The notes: generated by a model from the letters alone, not told the origin. Shown: positions 29,526 to 38,408, counted from the first letter of the stretch. The stretch is 64,000 nt of DNA from Trueperaceae bacterium (GCA_035703635.1 DASSXV010000044.1:37974-101973); one strand, 5' to 3'. Made by a program: numbers and translations.

Positions 29526-29915
29526 CTAGCTCAGGTCGTCGTGCGACGGCGTTACGAGGTGAGCGACGGCCCACTCGCGGATGGCGGCTATCACGACCTC
29601 GAGGTCCTGGCCTGAGTCCGTCAGCTCGTAACTGCAGCGCGGCAAGCCAGCGCCGTTCGACTCGTCGTGAAGGACCTCGCGGTGTATGACACCGAGCCCC
29701 TCCAAGCGCGCCAAGCGCTGAGTAAGCGTCGTTGGGTTGCAGCCACCCACCTCGCGTCCGAGTTCGTTGAACCCCTTCGGGCCTTCGAGTAGCGCGTGCA
29801 CGATGTGCAGCACCCACTTCTCCTGCAAGAACTCGATGGCCGAACCGGCCGCGCACCTCCGCACCGAGCCAGACCCGCGGCTGCGCTCGACGCGCAGTTC
29901 GGAGTCTTCTCTCAT
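29526..29915 (-). CDS. HxlR-family winged-helix transcriptional regulator
   Basis: C..SAIEFLQEKWVLHIVHALLEGPKGFNELGREVGGCNPTTLTQRLARLEGLGVI is the HxlR signature. Start set to ATG 29915. Confidence 0.85.
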   Translation of the reverse strand: MREDSELRVERSRGSGSVRRCAAGSAIEFLQEKWVLHIVHALLEGPKGFNELGREVGGCNPTTLTQRLARLEGLGVIHREVLHDESNGAGLPRCSYELTDSGQDLEVVIAAIREWAVAHLVTPSHDDLS

Positions 29916-30150
29916 TGGAGCGTGGACACCGGTGACGCTGCGTAAGTCTCCCACTTCCGCGAGTCTATCACCGCGGCACCGCGCAAGCTTTGTCCCGGCC
30001 TACACGCTATTCCAGCGGGACGAAAGCTGGTTCTGGCTCTCGAGGTCCGGGTGGTAAGCTTAGATCCCGGGCGCTGGCGGCCGCGGCGACCACCTGCGTG
30101 ACCGGGGGTACGGCGGCTAACAGGCAACGTGTTCGCCCGAAGGGAGCTAC

Positions 30151-30684
30151 ATGAACATCTACAAGCTGATCGGTCGCAACATTGAGGTCACGGACGCCAT
30201 GCGGCAGTACGCAGAGGACAAGCTCTCGCGGCTCGACCGGTACTCCGATCAGATCGTCGACGCCAGCGTGGTCATGGGGTACGACACCCACGAGAACGCA
30301 GCCAACCCGGCCAAGGTCGAGGTGCAGCTCAACCTGCCTGGCGGCATGATCCGCGCGGAAGAGCGCGCCCTAGACACGTACGCGGCCGTCGACTTGGTCG
30401 TCGCGAAGCTCGAACGGCAGCTCAAGCGCTTCAAGGGCAGGCTCATCGCTCAGCGCGGCGAGACGATCGCGCCGCCCGTCGACGAGCCGGAGGAGTACCG
30501 CCCAGCGCATGTTGCGCGCGTCAAGCGCCACGTGCTCAGGCCGATGGCTCCTGAAGACGCTGCCATTCAGATGGAGGCCCTCGGTCACGAGTTCTTCCTC
30601 TTCCGCAACGTCGAAACCGATCTCGTAAGCGTCATCTACCTACGCGACGACGGCGATTACGGCTTGATCGAGCCAGCCAGCTAA
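30151..30684 (+). CDS. hpf: Ribosome hibernation promoting factor (long HPF)
   Basis: MNIYKLIGRNIEVTDAMRQYAEDKLSRLDRY plus a C-terminal dimerisation domain (FFLFRNVETDLVSVIYLRDDGDYGLIEP). AAGGGAG SD. Confidence 0.92.
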   Translation: MNIYKLIGRNIEVTDAMRQYAEDKLSRLDRYSDQIVDASVVMGYDTHENAANPAKVEVQLNLPGGMIRAEERALDTYAAVDLVVAKLERQLKRFKGRLIAQRGETIAPPVDEPEEYRPAHVARVKRHVLRPMAPEDAAIQMEALGHEFFLFRNVETDLVSVIYLRDDGDYGLIEPAS

Positions 30685-30695
30685 GCAGCACTCAC

Positions 30696-31370
30696 TTAAC
30701 CGAAGTAAGGCTCATTCGCCCGCGGCGCGCTGCGGGCGACGCTCTTCGCGAGCAGCACCCCGTAGCCGAACCCGCCAACGTGCGCCCACCACGCAACACC
30801 GCCCGCGTCTGCCACGGTCGCGCCAAGCGCCTCCGTTGCCTGGATGAGCGCCCAGTAGCCAAGGAACGCCCAGGCGGGCAGCCACGGTGCGAACCATGGG
30901 CGCTGGCGGGAGAAGAGGCGCACGATGAGCCAGGGGCCAACCAGCACCGGGATGAGCGCCTGCACGTGCTGCCGCGGGAACAGCCGCATGTAGGCGCCGA
31001 GGCACGCGCTGATGGCGCCTGAAGCGCCGACCAGGGGCGTGCGGGGGTCGCCGCCGAGTAACGCCTGCGCCGTCGCGGCCACCGCCGCGCCTCCCAGGTA
31101 GAACAGCAGGAAGCGCCAGTGGCCTAACCTGTCCTCGACGTTGTCGCCGAACACGAGCAGGAAGATCATGTTGCCAAGCAAGTGCGCGATGCTGGCGTGC
31201 AGGAACGCGTGGGTGACGAGCGTGGGTATGGCGCCAGCGAAGTCCACCCCGAAGCGCGCTGGAACCAGGCCGTACTCGTAGATGAAGCGCACGGCGGCGC
31301 GGCTCTCCCCTAGGCGGAGCTGGTAAGCGAATACCGCCACGTTGACGAGCGCGATGCTCCAGGCGACCAC
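30696..31370 (-). CDS. Rhomboid-family intramembrane serine protease
   Basis: HLLGNM, GASGAISACLGAY (catalytic Ser), AHVGGFGYG (catalytic His). 6 TM helices. Confidence 0.88.
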   Translation of the reverse strand: MVAWSIALVNVAVFAYQLRLGESRAAVRFIYEYGLVPARFGVDFAGAIPTLVTHAFLHASIAHLLGNMIFLLVFGDNVEDRLGHWRFLLFYLGGAAVAATAQALLGGDPRTPLVGASGAISACLGAYMRLFPRQHVQALIPVLVGPWLIVRLFSRQRPWFAPWLPAWAFLGYWALIQATEALGATVADAGGVAWWAHVGGFGYGVLLAKSVARSAPRANEPYFG

Positions 31371-31449
31371 CGGCCACGACCGTCTCGGGTTGCGATCGCG
31401 CAGCGGGATCAGTTAGACGACCCCGCCAACTGCCTCGCCTGCGCCCGCC

Positions 31450-32112
31450 TCACGTGCGCCTGGCGGTCGTGATGTCCGGGCGGAACTTGACGATGCTGTC
31501 GGCCTCGATCACGCCGCGCACGGAGGCGCCGTGATAGACGATGGCCCGTGGCCCGATGACGGTGCCAGGAGCAGTGACGGCGTTGCAGCCGATACTTACG
31601 CCGTCGCCTAGCACGGCGCCGAGCTTGCGTAGTCCGGTAGCGTGGCCCGCGACCTTGATCTCATCACCGAACGTCTTGTAGTTCGCGAGCTTCACGCCTG
31701 CCCCGAGGTTGACATCATGCCCGATGACGCTGTCGCCAACGTAGTTGAAGTGCGGGGCTTTGGATCCACCGAGGAAGAGCGAGCGCTTGACTTCAGTGGC
31801 GTGCCCGACGTGCGCGTGGGGGCCGAGCACGACCGGTCCGCGCAAGTATGCGCCGTGGCCGATCTTGGCGCCTGGGAACAGGAGTATCGGCCCCGTCAAG
31901 TAACTGTACGGGCCCACTTCTGCGCCTTCCATGACGACGAGCGGACCTTCTACGATGGCGGTTGGGTGGACCGCGCCGATCCTGAGATCCGACAGGTTTG
32001 AGCAGAAGGCGTCTAGGCGCGCCAGCGCCTCCCAGGGGAACTCGACGTCTAGGAGCGGACCGAGTTCGTCCGGAACGCGCGCGCTCTCGAACAGTTGCGC
32101 TGGCGTGAACAT
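31450..32112 (-). CDS. Left-handed beta-helix (hexapeptide-repeat) transferase family protein
   Basis: Runs of [LIV]G-x4 hexapeptides (IGHGAYLRGPVVLGPHAHVGHATEV...). Start ATG 32112 lies 6 nt after a TACACT -10 box. Confidence 0.7.
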   Translation of the reverse strand: MFTPAQLFESARVPDELGPLLDVEFPWEALARLDAFCSNLSDLRIGAVHPTAIVEGPLVVMEGAEVGPYSYLTGPILLFPGAKIGHGAYLRGPVVLGPHAHVGHATEVKRSLFLGGSKAPHFNYVGDSVIGHDVNLGAGVKLANYKTFGDEIKVAGHATGLRKLGAVLGDGVSIGCNAVTAPGTVIGPRAIVYHGASVRGVIEADSIVKFRPDITTARRT

Positions 32113-32155
32113 GCCGCAAGTGTACCGCCGGACCCGGATACAATCGAGCGCGAAC

Positions 32156-33049
32156 GTGTTACATCTCATCTTCAACCCAGCAGCAGGTAAGGGCCGCGCA
32201 CGCAAGGCCCTCACAGAGGCGCTCGCCTTCCTCGATGCAAGGGCGGCGCCCTACATGCTTCACACGACTTCAGGCCCTGGTCACGCTACTGAGCTGGCGG
32301 CGGCTAGCCCTCCCGGCGCAACCGTGGTGGCAATGGGCGGTGACGGCACAGCTCATGAGGTGGTCCTTGGGCTCTTGCGGCGCGGCACGCCGCACGATGT
32401 GACTGGCGACCGCACCCTTGGCGTCTTGCCGTTAGGTTCCGGAGACGACTTCGCCTACAGTCTGGGTCTCTCGCGCGACGACCTGCCTGCCGCGCTGGAG
32501 CGCCTCGTGGCGGGTGAACGCAAGCGGGTTGACCTTGGTTTCGTCAACGGCGAGCCGTTCCTGAACAGCGTCGGCACTGGCTTCGACGCCGAGGTGGCGC
32601 ACCGGGTCCGCAACTCGCCGCGTTTCCTCCCCGGCCTAGCTGGCTACTTGTACTCGACTTTGGCGACCCTGGCCATCCTCGACTGCCCGCCGGTCGAGGT
32701 GTGGGTCGATGGGACGTCGGTGCACTCCGGCCCCGCCCTGCTGGTTGGAGCGCAGAACGGGCCACGCACGGGCGGCAGTTTCCTGTTCGCTCCACACGCC
32801 GTGCCGACAGATGGGCTGTTGGACGTTGTGGTGGCCAGTCGCTTGACGCACCTTGGCACCTTGCGGCTCTTGCCGTTGGTCATGCGCGGCCGCCACTTGG
32901 AGCATCCTGCCGTAGCGCTCCACCGCGGCAAGACCGTGCGAGTTCTCTGGGAGACACCGCGGCCGGGCCACGCGGACGGCGAACCGCTGCCGCTCACAAC
33001 CACGTTCGACGTGAGCGTAGCGCCTGGCGCCTTGCCGGTCATCGCCTAG
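32156..33049 (+). CDS. Diacylglycerol kinase-family lipid kinase (YegS/BmrU-like)
   Basis: LHLIFNPAAGKG, VVAMGGDGTAHEV, LGVLPLGSGDDFA motifs. GTG 32156 preferred over ATG 32111, whose start codon would interlock with the divergent gene's ATG. Confidence 0.82.
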   Translation: MLHLIFNPAAGKGRARKALTEALAFLDARAAPYMLHTTSGPGHATELAAASPPGATVVAMGGDGTAHEVVLGLLRRGTPHDVTGDRTLGVLPLGSGDDFAYSLGLSRDDLPAALERLVAGERKRVDLGFVNGEPFLNSVGTGFDAEVAHRVRNSPRFLPGLAGYLYSTLATLAILDCPPVEVWVDGTSVHSGPALLVGAQNGPRTGGSFLFAPHAVPTDGLLDVVVASRLTHLGTLRLLPLVMRGRHLEHPAVALHRGKTVRVLWETPRPGHADGEPLPLTTTFDVSVAPGALPVIA

Positions 33050-33106
33050 GAACCGCAGGCTGGGGCCCCGGCGCTCTAGTCGATGGCACGTTCGTTAGCA
33101 CAAACA

Positions 33107-33140
33107 AGGGTGAGGCCCCGCTTGCGCGGGGCCTCACCTT
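33107..33140. terminator. Bidirectional terminator hairpin between the lipid kinase gene and slpA
   Basis: Perfect 13-bp stem GGTGAGGCCCCGC / GCGGGGCCTCACC (33109-33121 / 33126-33138), loop TTGC. Flanked by AA.. on the left and TTTACTCTTT on the right. Confidence 0.8.
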
Positions 33141-33182
33141 TACTCTTTGGTTCCGGCGTAAGCCGGGTTACTGCTCCGCTCC

Positions 33183-35969
33183 TTAGAAGGAGACGGTGTA
33201 CTTGATCTGGAAGGCCTGAGCCGACGACTGAGCGCCACCGTTGTCGTTGGTGTAGACACCGTAGGCGAACTGGAGGTCGTAGTAGTCCCAGATGAGTTCG
33301 TAGCCGCTGACGGCCTGCGTGCCGGTACCGTTCATGTCGCCGCCGCTGATGTCAGTGGCGAAGTCGCCAGCGCCACGGGTGTTCGTGACGTTGTTGATGT
33401 TGGTGCCGGTCCAGCTGGCGTACTTGGCGGTGAGCTTGCTGTGGTCGAGGATGAACTCGTTCAGGACGAGGCCAACGCTCCACTGCAGTTCGCTCGCCGT
33501 GTAGACGGCCGCGTCGGAGTGGCTGGTCGTGCGGTAGTTGACCGCAGCGAGGAGGCCAGGCTTGGTGTAGACGTCGAGCGGCGTGGTGGAGAGACCAGCG
33601 CCCACGCGGAGCGTGGTGGTGTCGTCCGTGCCGGTGTCGGCGTCGTTGACCATGCGGTAGCCAACGTACGGGGTGAGCGAGACGATGGAGACGTTGAGCG
33701 CGTAGTCGGCGTCAACGAAGAGCGTCGTCTTGCTGAAGTCCGCCTCGGTCTGCGAGTAGCCGGCCGAGATGTTGAGGCCCTTGATGAGGGCGTTGGCGGC
33801 GGCGCCGTCGTGACCGAGGGTCACACCGAAGCCGGTGTCGTAGTTGTTGTCGCGCTCGACATCGGCGCCGGTGAGGGCCACTGCGGCCTCGTTGGCGTCG
33901 ACGAAGGTGCGGAGGTTGTCAACGGTCGTGCCGTTGACGGAGGCCTGGTGGTACCAGCCGCCGAGGCTGAAGCCCGCGAACAGGTCGGCGCTAGCGTCGA
34001 CACCGAAGCTCATCGCGCTGTCGCCAGCGCGCGTGCTGTAGGAGTCGAAGTACGCGTCGAGGTCGACGATGAACAGGTTCAGGCTGGCGTCAACACCGAA
34101 GCCGGCCTGGTCTTCCGCGAATGGGAAGGCGTTGGCGTCGGCACCGAGGTTGTAGTTGTTGGCGGTCCAGGCGTCGCTGATGTTGCGGTAGTTGGCGCCC
34201 AAGCCGGTGAGGATCGGGAGGCCAGCGGTGTCGACGTCGAGGGTGGCGTAGAGGACGGACTCTGCAGTCGCGCCGCCGGAGCCGTTGGCCCATTCGAAGC
34301 CGAGGTCGAAGATGCTGAGGGCAAGGCTGCCGTCAACGCCCCAGACGGTGACCTGGGCGTTGTCGGCCAGGTAGTCGTCCTTGTCAGCGGCGTTCTCAGC
34401 GTACTGAGCGAAGCTGCCGCCGATGGTGAGGCCCTCGAGGGGGCTGAGCGTGACGCGGAGACCGCGCAGGTAGTCGTCGGGCGTGTTGGGATCGTCGTAC
34501 GCCGGGGTGGTGTAGACGGCCGTGATGCCCGGGTTGAGGAAGGAGAGGAAGTCCGGGGCGCCCAAGGTGGCGACGAAGCCAGGCTCGTCGGTGGCGACGA
34601 CGTACGGCGTGAAGGCCGTTTCGACGTTCGTGCCGAACGAGAAGGTGAGCGGGTAGGCGCCGATAGGCTCGAAGGTCGTCATGAAGCTACGGATCTCGAA
34701 CCAGTTGAGACCGACGTTCATGGCGTTCGTGACGCCACCAACACGCTGCTGGTCGTCGATGGCGAGTTCAACCACGCCGCTGAAGCTGTTGAGCTTGTTG
34801 GGGCTGCCCTGGCCGTCGAAGCCGAACTTCGTGGCGAAGGAGAGGTTGAGGGTCGCAGTGACGTCACCAGAGGTCTGGGTGATGTCGTGACGGTCCTGAG
34901 CGACTTCGCCGACTTCCGTCTGGTAGTTCCTGGTGCCGCGACGGTCGCCGTCGAGTTCCGCAGCGCCCGTCGAGAAGACGGATGCGCCCATGTTGCGGAG
35001 GGAGTTGAGGCCGTAGGCGCGGTCGACATCGAACGGATCGCCGATGACGCGGCCGACGTAGTACTTGGCGGTGATGGTGCCGGAGATCCCGAGCGGGTTC
35101 TCTTCGAGCGCAGTCACGCGATCCTGAAGATCGGCGATGGCGGCGTTCTGGGCAACATCGGAAGCCTCGAGCGCAGAGACGCGGTCGCGAAGGGCGACTT
35201 GGCTGCTGCGGAGGAGGATGACGAACTCGCGGATGTTGGCGATATCGGAGCGGTTACGCTCGATGGCCGAGTTGACGCCCGCAAGGTCGACGGGGGCGCC
35301 AGCATTGCCGCCAACGCTGCCCTTGAGCCCGGCGATATCAGCCTGAACGAGCTGAAGGACGCGGTTCATGGCGGCGATGTCGTCGGCGTTCTGGCGGCCG
35401 AGGGTGTTGGCCTGGTTGGCCAAGCTGTAGGCGGCGTCTGCGCGCGCGGCAGCGGCTTCGGCCTGGGCCTGGGCCGTGTCGAGGGCGACACGCTGCGAAG
35501 CGATCTGGTTCTGCAGATCGCGGAGGACCGCCGGATCGACGCCACCGCCGGCGAGGGCGGCTTCGAGGTCGTCGAGGCGAGCGGTGTTGGCGGTCACGTC
35601 GTCGGAGAGGCCAGCGATGGCGCTCTCGGCGGCGGACAGCCGCACGCCCTGGGCAGCAACATCGGAGGCGAGTTCCTGCACGGCGTTGCGCAGCGAGTCA
35701 ACGTCAGCCTGCGTAAGAGCGAGGGCCGAGTTGACGTTGTCGTTGATCACGTCGAGAAGACGGCTGACCACGAGGGCGGCCTGGTAACGCGTGAAGGCTT
35801 CGTTGCCACGGAAAGTGCCGTCGGGGAAACCGATGACGATGCCGAGGTCGGCGATACGGTCGACAGCGTCGCCGGCCCAGTGGTTCGCCGGGATGTCCGG
35901 GAACGAGGACTGAGCTAGGGCGCCGCTGGCGAATGCAGCCGCCAGGAGCGTGATGATTAGTTTCTTCAT
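33183..35969 (-). CDS. slpA: SlpA-type S-layer / outer-envelope protein (signal peptide, SLH domain, coiled coil, beta-barrel)
   Basis: MKKLIITLLAAAFASGALAQ signal peptide, then SLH motif FPDIPANHWAGDAVDRIADLGIVIGFPDGTFRGNEAFTRYQAAL. A long Ala/Leu/Gln heptad region follows, then a Gly/Asp/Thr/Tyr-rich alternating beta region ending in ..YTVSF. Very strong codon bias. Confidence 0.9.
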   Translation of the reverse strand: MKKLIITLLAAAFASGALAQSSFPDIPANHWAGDAVDRIADLGIVIGFPDGTFRGNEAFTRYQAALVVSRLLDVINDNVNSALALTQADVDSLRNAVQELASDVAAQGVRLSAAESAIAGLSDDVTANTARLDDLEAALAGGGVDPAVLRDLQNQIASQRVALDTAQAQAEAAAARADAAYSLANQANTLGRQNADDIAAMNRVLQLVQADIAGLKGSVGGNAGAPVDLAGVNSAIERNRSDIANIREFVILLRSSQVALRDRVSALEASDVAQNAAIADLQDRVTALEENPLGISGTITAKYYVGRVIGDPFDVDRAYGLNSLRNMGASVFSTGAAELDGDRRGTRNYQTEVGEVAQDRHDITQTSGDVTATLNLSFATKFGFDGQGSPNKLNSFSGVVELAIDDQQRVGGVTNAMNVGLNWFEIRSFMTTFEPIGAYPLTFSFGTNVETAFTPYVVATDEPGFVATLGAPDFLSFLNPGITAVYTTPAYDDPNTPDDYLRGLRVTLSPLEGLTIGGSFAQYAENAADKDDYLADNAQVTVWGVDGSLALSIFDLGFEWANGSGGATAESVLYATLDVDTAGLPILTGLGANYRNISDAWTANNYNLGADANAFPFAEDQAGFGVDASLNLFIVDLDAYFDSYSTRAGDSAMSFGVDASADLFAGFSLGGWYHQASVNGTTVDNLRTFVDANEAAVALTGADVERDNNYDTGFGVTLGHDGAAANALIKGLNISAGYSQTEADFSKTTLFVDADYALNVSIVSLTPYVGYRMVNDADTGTDDTTTLRVGAGLSTTPLDVYTKPGLLAAVNYRTTSHSDAAVYTASELQWSVGLVLNEFILDHSKLTAKYASWTGTNINNVTNTRGAGDFATDISGGDMNGTGTQAVSGYELIWDYYDLQFAYGVYTNDNGGAQSSAQAFQIKYTVSF

Positions 35970-36175
35970 GAATTCTTACCCCTTGAACTTGGTGAAGTGT
36001 TCCTTGCGCAGGTCGCTTCACGAGTCCTAGGCGCTTTAGGCCGGGAGTGTCCGAGTTTCCTCTCCGGTTGGGCGTCTGGTTCTCGCTTCGCTCACTGGGT
36101 TCCTGGGTTTCCTTGGCCGGTTCAAAAGGTAGCACCTCCTTCCAGTGCGGCCACGGACGACACAGGTCCAAGCGG

Positions 36176-36205
36176 ATTAGACCACGTGCCGCGACCACAT
36201 GTCAA
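36176..36205 (-). promoter_or_regulatory. Strong sigma-70 promoter of slpA
   Basis: On the minus strand: TTGACA (36205-36200), 18 nt, TGgTCTAAT (-10 at 36181-36176). Predicts a 5' UTR of about 200 nt. Confidence 0.6.
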
Positions 36206-36348
36206 CCCGGATGAACTCTCAATGAGAGTCAGATTCTCGCTTCGGGACGGGCAAATCGCGCTCATGTTAACCGCGTCACTCACGCTATTCTAATGAGACA
36301 ACGGCGGTTTTGGCCGCTGTGCATGGGCCTCGGTTATCCTCTCGCCAT

Positions 36349-37221
36349 ATGGCTCGAATCACGGTGCCCACTGCAGAAGCCCTCCTCGATGTCGAGTTGC
36401 GCGTCCTAGACCACGGTTTCGTGAGGCTCGTCGACTATCTCGGCGGCGACGCCCGCATAGTTCAGGCCGCGCGCGTTTCCTACGGCGACGGAACCAAGTC
36501 GGTGCGCGAGGACGGCGCGCTCATCGATTACCTACTCCGCAACCGCCACACCAGCCCGTTCGAGCAGGTGATCCTGACCTTCCACGTGAAGATGCCCATC
36601 TTCGTGGCGCGTCAATGGGTGAGGCACCGGACGGCGCGCCTCAACGAGATCAGCGGGCGCTACTCCGTCATGCGCGACGAGTTCTACGTCCCGCAACCAA
36701 GCGAGGTGCGCTTCCAAGACACCCGCAACAAACAGGGCGGCGATGCCCGCGACGTGCCAGACGAACTCCGCGGCAGGGTCATCGAGCTGCTAAGAGCCGG
36801 CCAGGAACGGACTTACGGCGAGTACGAGGGCATGCTCGAGGACGACATCGCCCGCGAGTTGGCCCGCGTCAACCTGCCGCTCAGCCTCTACACCGAGATG
36901 TACTGGCAGATCGACTTGAACAACCTCTTTCACTTCCTGAAGCTGCGCCTCGACTGGCATGCGCAGCACGAGATCCGCGTGTACGGGGACGCCATGGCGC
37001 AGATCGCACGCGCGGTCGCGCCCCTCGCGTACGACGCCTTCGAGGAGCACGAGCTGTACGGCCGCGCCTTCTCGCGCACCGAGATCGAAGTACTCAAGGG
37101 GGCCCTCGACGGAACGCGCCTCGAAGAGGCGCTCGCAGCGAGCGGCCTGAGGGCAACGCGGCGCGCCGACTTCCTCAAGAAACTAGGTCCGCTCGCCATC
37201 CAGCCGGCCGACGAGGACTGA
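36349..37221 (+). CDS. thyX: Flavin-dependent thymidylate synthase ThyX
   Basis: ThyX motif QWVRHRTARLNEISGRYS. Start ATG 36349 (MARITVP) lies 8 nt after a TATCCT -10-like box. Confidence 0.92.
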   Translation: MARITVPTAEALLDVELRVLDHGFVRLVDYLGGDARIVQAARVSYGDGTKSVREDGALIDYLLRNRHTSPFEQVILTFHVKMPIFVARQWVRHRTARLNEISGRYSVMRDEFYVPQPSEVRFQDTRNKQGGDARDVPDELRGRVIELLRAGQERTYGEYEGMLEDDIARELARVNLPLSLYTEMYWQIDLNNLFHFLKLRLDWHAQHEIRVYGDAMAQIARAVAPLAYDAFEEHELYGRAFSRTEIEVLKGALDGTRLEEALAASGLRATRRADFLKKLGPLAIQPADED

Positions 37222-37230
37222 GCAACGCGC

Positions 37231-37689
37231 ATGCGCTACCGCGTGGTGGCCGTTGGCAAGCTCAAGGAGCGCTTCTACCAGGAAGCTTGCCTTCACTACC
37301 TCAAGCGGCTCGGCCACTTGACTTCTTGCGAGTTCGTGGAGGTGCGCGAGGCCCGCGCGAAGTCGGCCGACGCCGTCAGGGAGGCGGAGGGCCGGGCGCT
37401 CTTGAGTCACGTGCATGGTGCGGTGGTTGCCCTCGACGAGCGTGGGCGCGCGTTCGGCACCACCGCGCTCGCTTGGCATGTGTCGGAGTTGGAGAACCGC
37501 GGGGTAAGCAGCCTCACGCTGCTGATCGGCGGCGCCGAGGGGCACGGGCCGGAGGTTCGCAGCGCAGCGAGTGAGGCGTGGAGCCTCTCCCCGCTGACCC
37601 TCCCTCATGACCTAGCCAGGCTCGTGTTGCTCGAGCAGCTCTACCGCATTGAAACCGTGCGCGCTGGCCACCCCTATCACCGCGAGTGA
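37231..37689 (+). CDS. rlmH: 23S rRNA (pseudouridine1915-N3)-methyltransferase RlmH
   Basis: 152-aa SPOUT protein, MRYRVVAVGKLKE...LIGGAEGH...LSPLTLPH typical of RlmH. Confidence 0.9.
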   Translation: MRYRVVAVGKLKERFYQEACLHYLKRLGHLTSCEFVEVREARAKSADAVREAEGRALLSHVHGAVVALDERGRAFGTTALAWHVSELENRGVSSLTLLIGGAEGHGPEVRSAASEAWSLSPLTLPHDLARLVLLEQLYRIETVRAGHPYHRE

Positions 37690-37690
37690 T

Positions 37691-37712
37691 CTAGCTCGTT
37701 CCTAGCTCGTTG
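37691..37712. repeat. Tandem 11-bp direct repeat in a convergent gap
   Basis: CTAGCTCGTTC (37691-37701) followed directly by CTAGCTCGTTG (37702-37712). It fills the space between the rlmH stop and the converging stop at 37713. Confidence 0.8.
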
Positions 37713-38408
37713 TCAGCTGGCGTGCCGACCGGTGGCGGCCATGAGGGCGGCGTGCAGGCTGAGCATGTCGACGATGGCAGTCGCTGTCGACTCGAGCGGA
37801 AATGGCGTCTCGGCTTCGAGGGCGAGGAAGAGGCTGCGTGGGCCGATGACCACGCTTGGCGCCACCCCAGTCGCTTGGCGCGGGATGCGTTCGCGCGCCC
37901 CGCGAGCGCTACTTGCCAGCACCTGATCGGCGGAAACGAGGAGGCGCATCAACACCGTCCGTACGGGCGCGGTGAGGAGCGGCAGGGCGCCAGCGCTCTC
38001 TCGGGCGTACACGCTGATGGCGTCGTTGAACGTTGGGTCTTCTGGGCAATCTAGCCGCTGAGCTCCACTGCGGCCAGCCTCGAGCCCCTCGAGCACTGCG
38101 TGGCGTTTCGCGCTAGCGCGCAGTGAGACTTGCGTGTGGGCCTCTTGCGAGCGGATCACGACGCCCGTTCGCCACGTCGTCACGCGCCCGAGCGGTCCGG
38201 TCCTGGCATTGAACTGATCGAACGCCACGACTTGCGGTTGACCGGCTCTCGTCAACTCGTGAATGGGTGCCAGGTCGCCAGAGCCGAGGTCGTAGTGCTC
38301 ACGTAGCCGCTCTGCCAGTTCGGGTGCTGGCACCATTTCGAACTCTTGGACGACGCTCGTCCAGTCTCGTTCGCGGCGACCTTCGCGCTTGGGCGTCCAG
38401 AATGCCAT
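37713..38408 (-). CDS. Hypothetical soluble protein (231 aa), unknown function
   Basis: Protein-like composition, no TM helices, no motif recognised. Start set to ATG 38408 (MAFWTPK), 5 nt after a TACACT -10 box, which suggests a leaderless mRNA. Confidence 0.5.
   Translation of the reverse strand: MAFWTPKREGRRERDWTSVVQEFEMVPAPELAERLREHYDLGSGDLAPIHELTRAGQPQVVAFDQFNARTGPLGRVTTWRTGVVIRSQEAHTQVSLRASAKRHAVLEGLEAGRSGAQRLDCPEDPTFNDAISVYARESAGALPLLTAPVRTVLMRLLVSADQVLASSARGARERIPRQATGVAPSVVIGPRSLFLALEAETPFPLESTATAIVDMLSLHAALMAATGRHAS

Noticed and set aside
32111-32113. ATG 32111 as the start of the lipid-kinase gene
   Set aside because: It would interlock with the divergent gene's ATG (32112-32110), leaving no promoter space. 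The first 15 residues are not part of the conserved DAGK fold, which starts at LHLIFNPAAG. GTG 32156 downstream of a TACAAT box is preferred.
33441-35918. 825-aa plus-strand ORF covering almost the whole slpA locus
   Set aside because: It is a shadow ORF antisense to the strongly codon-biased slpA gene. The translation is low-complexity Gly/Val/Asp/Glu/Arg with no motifs. The minus-strand product has a signal peptide, an SLH domain and a beta-barrel.
36615-37574. 319-aa plus-strand ORF in an alternative frame across thyX and rlmH
   Set aside because: Arg/Pro/Gly-dominated translation. It overlaps two genes with clear family motifs in other frames.
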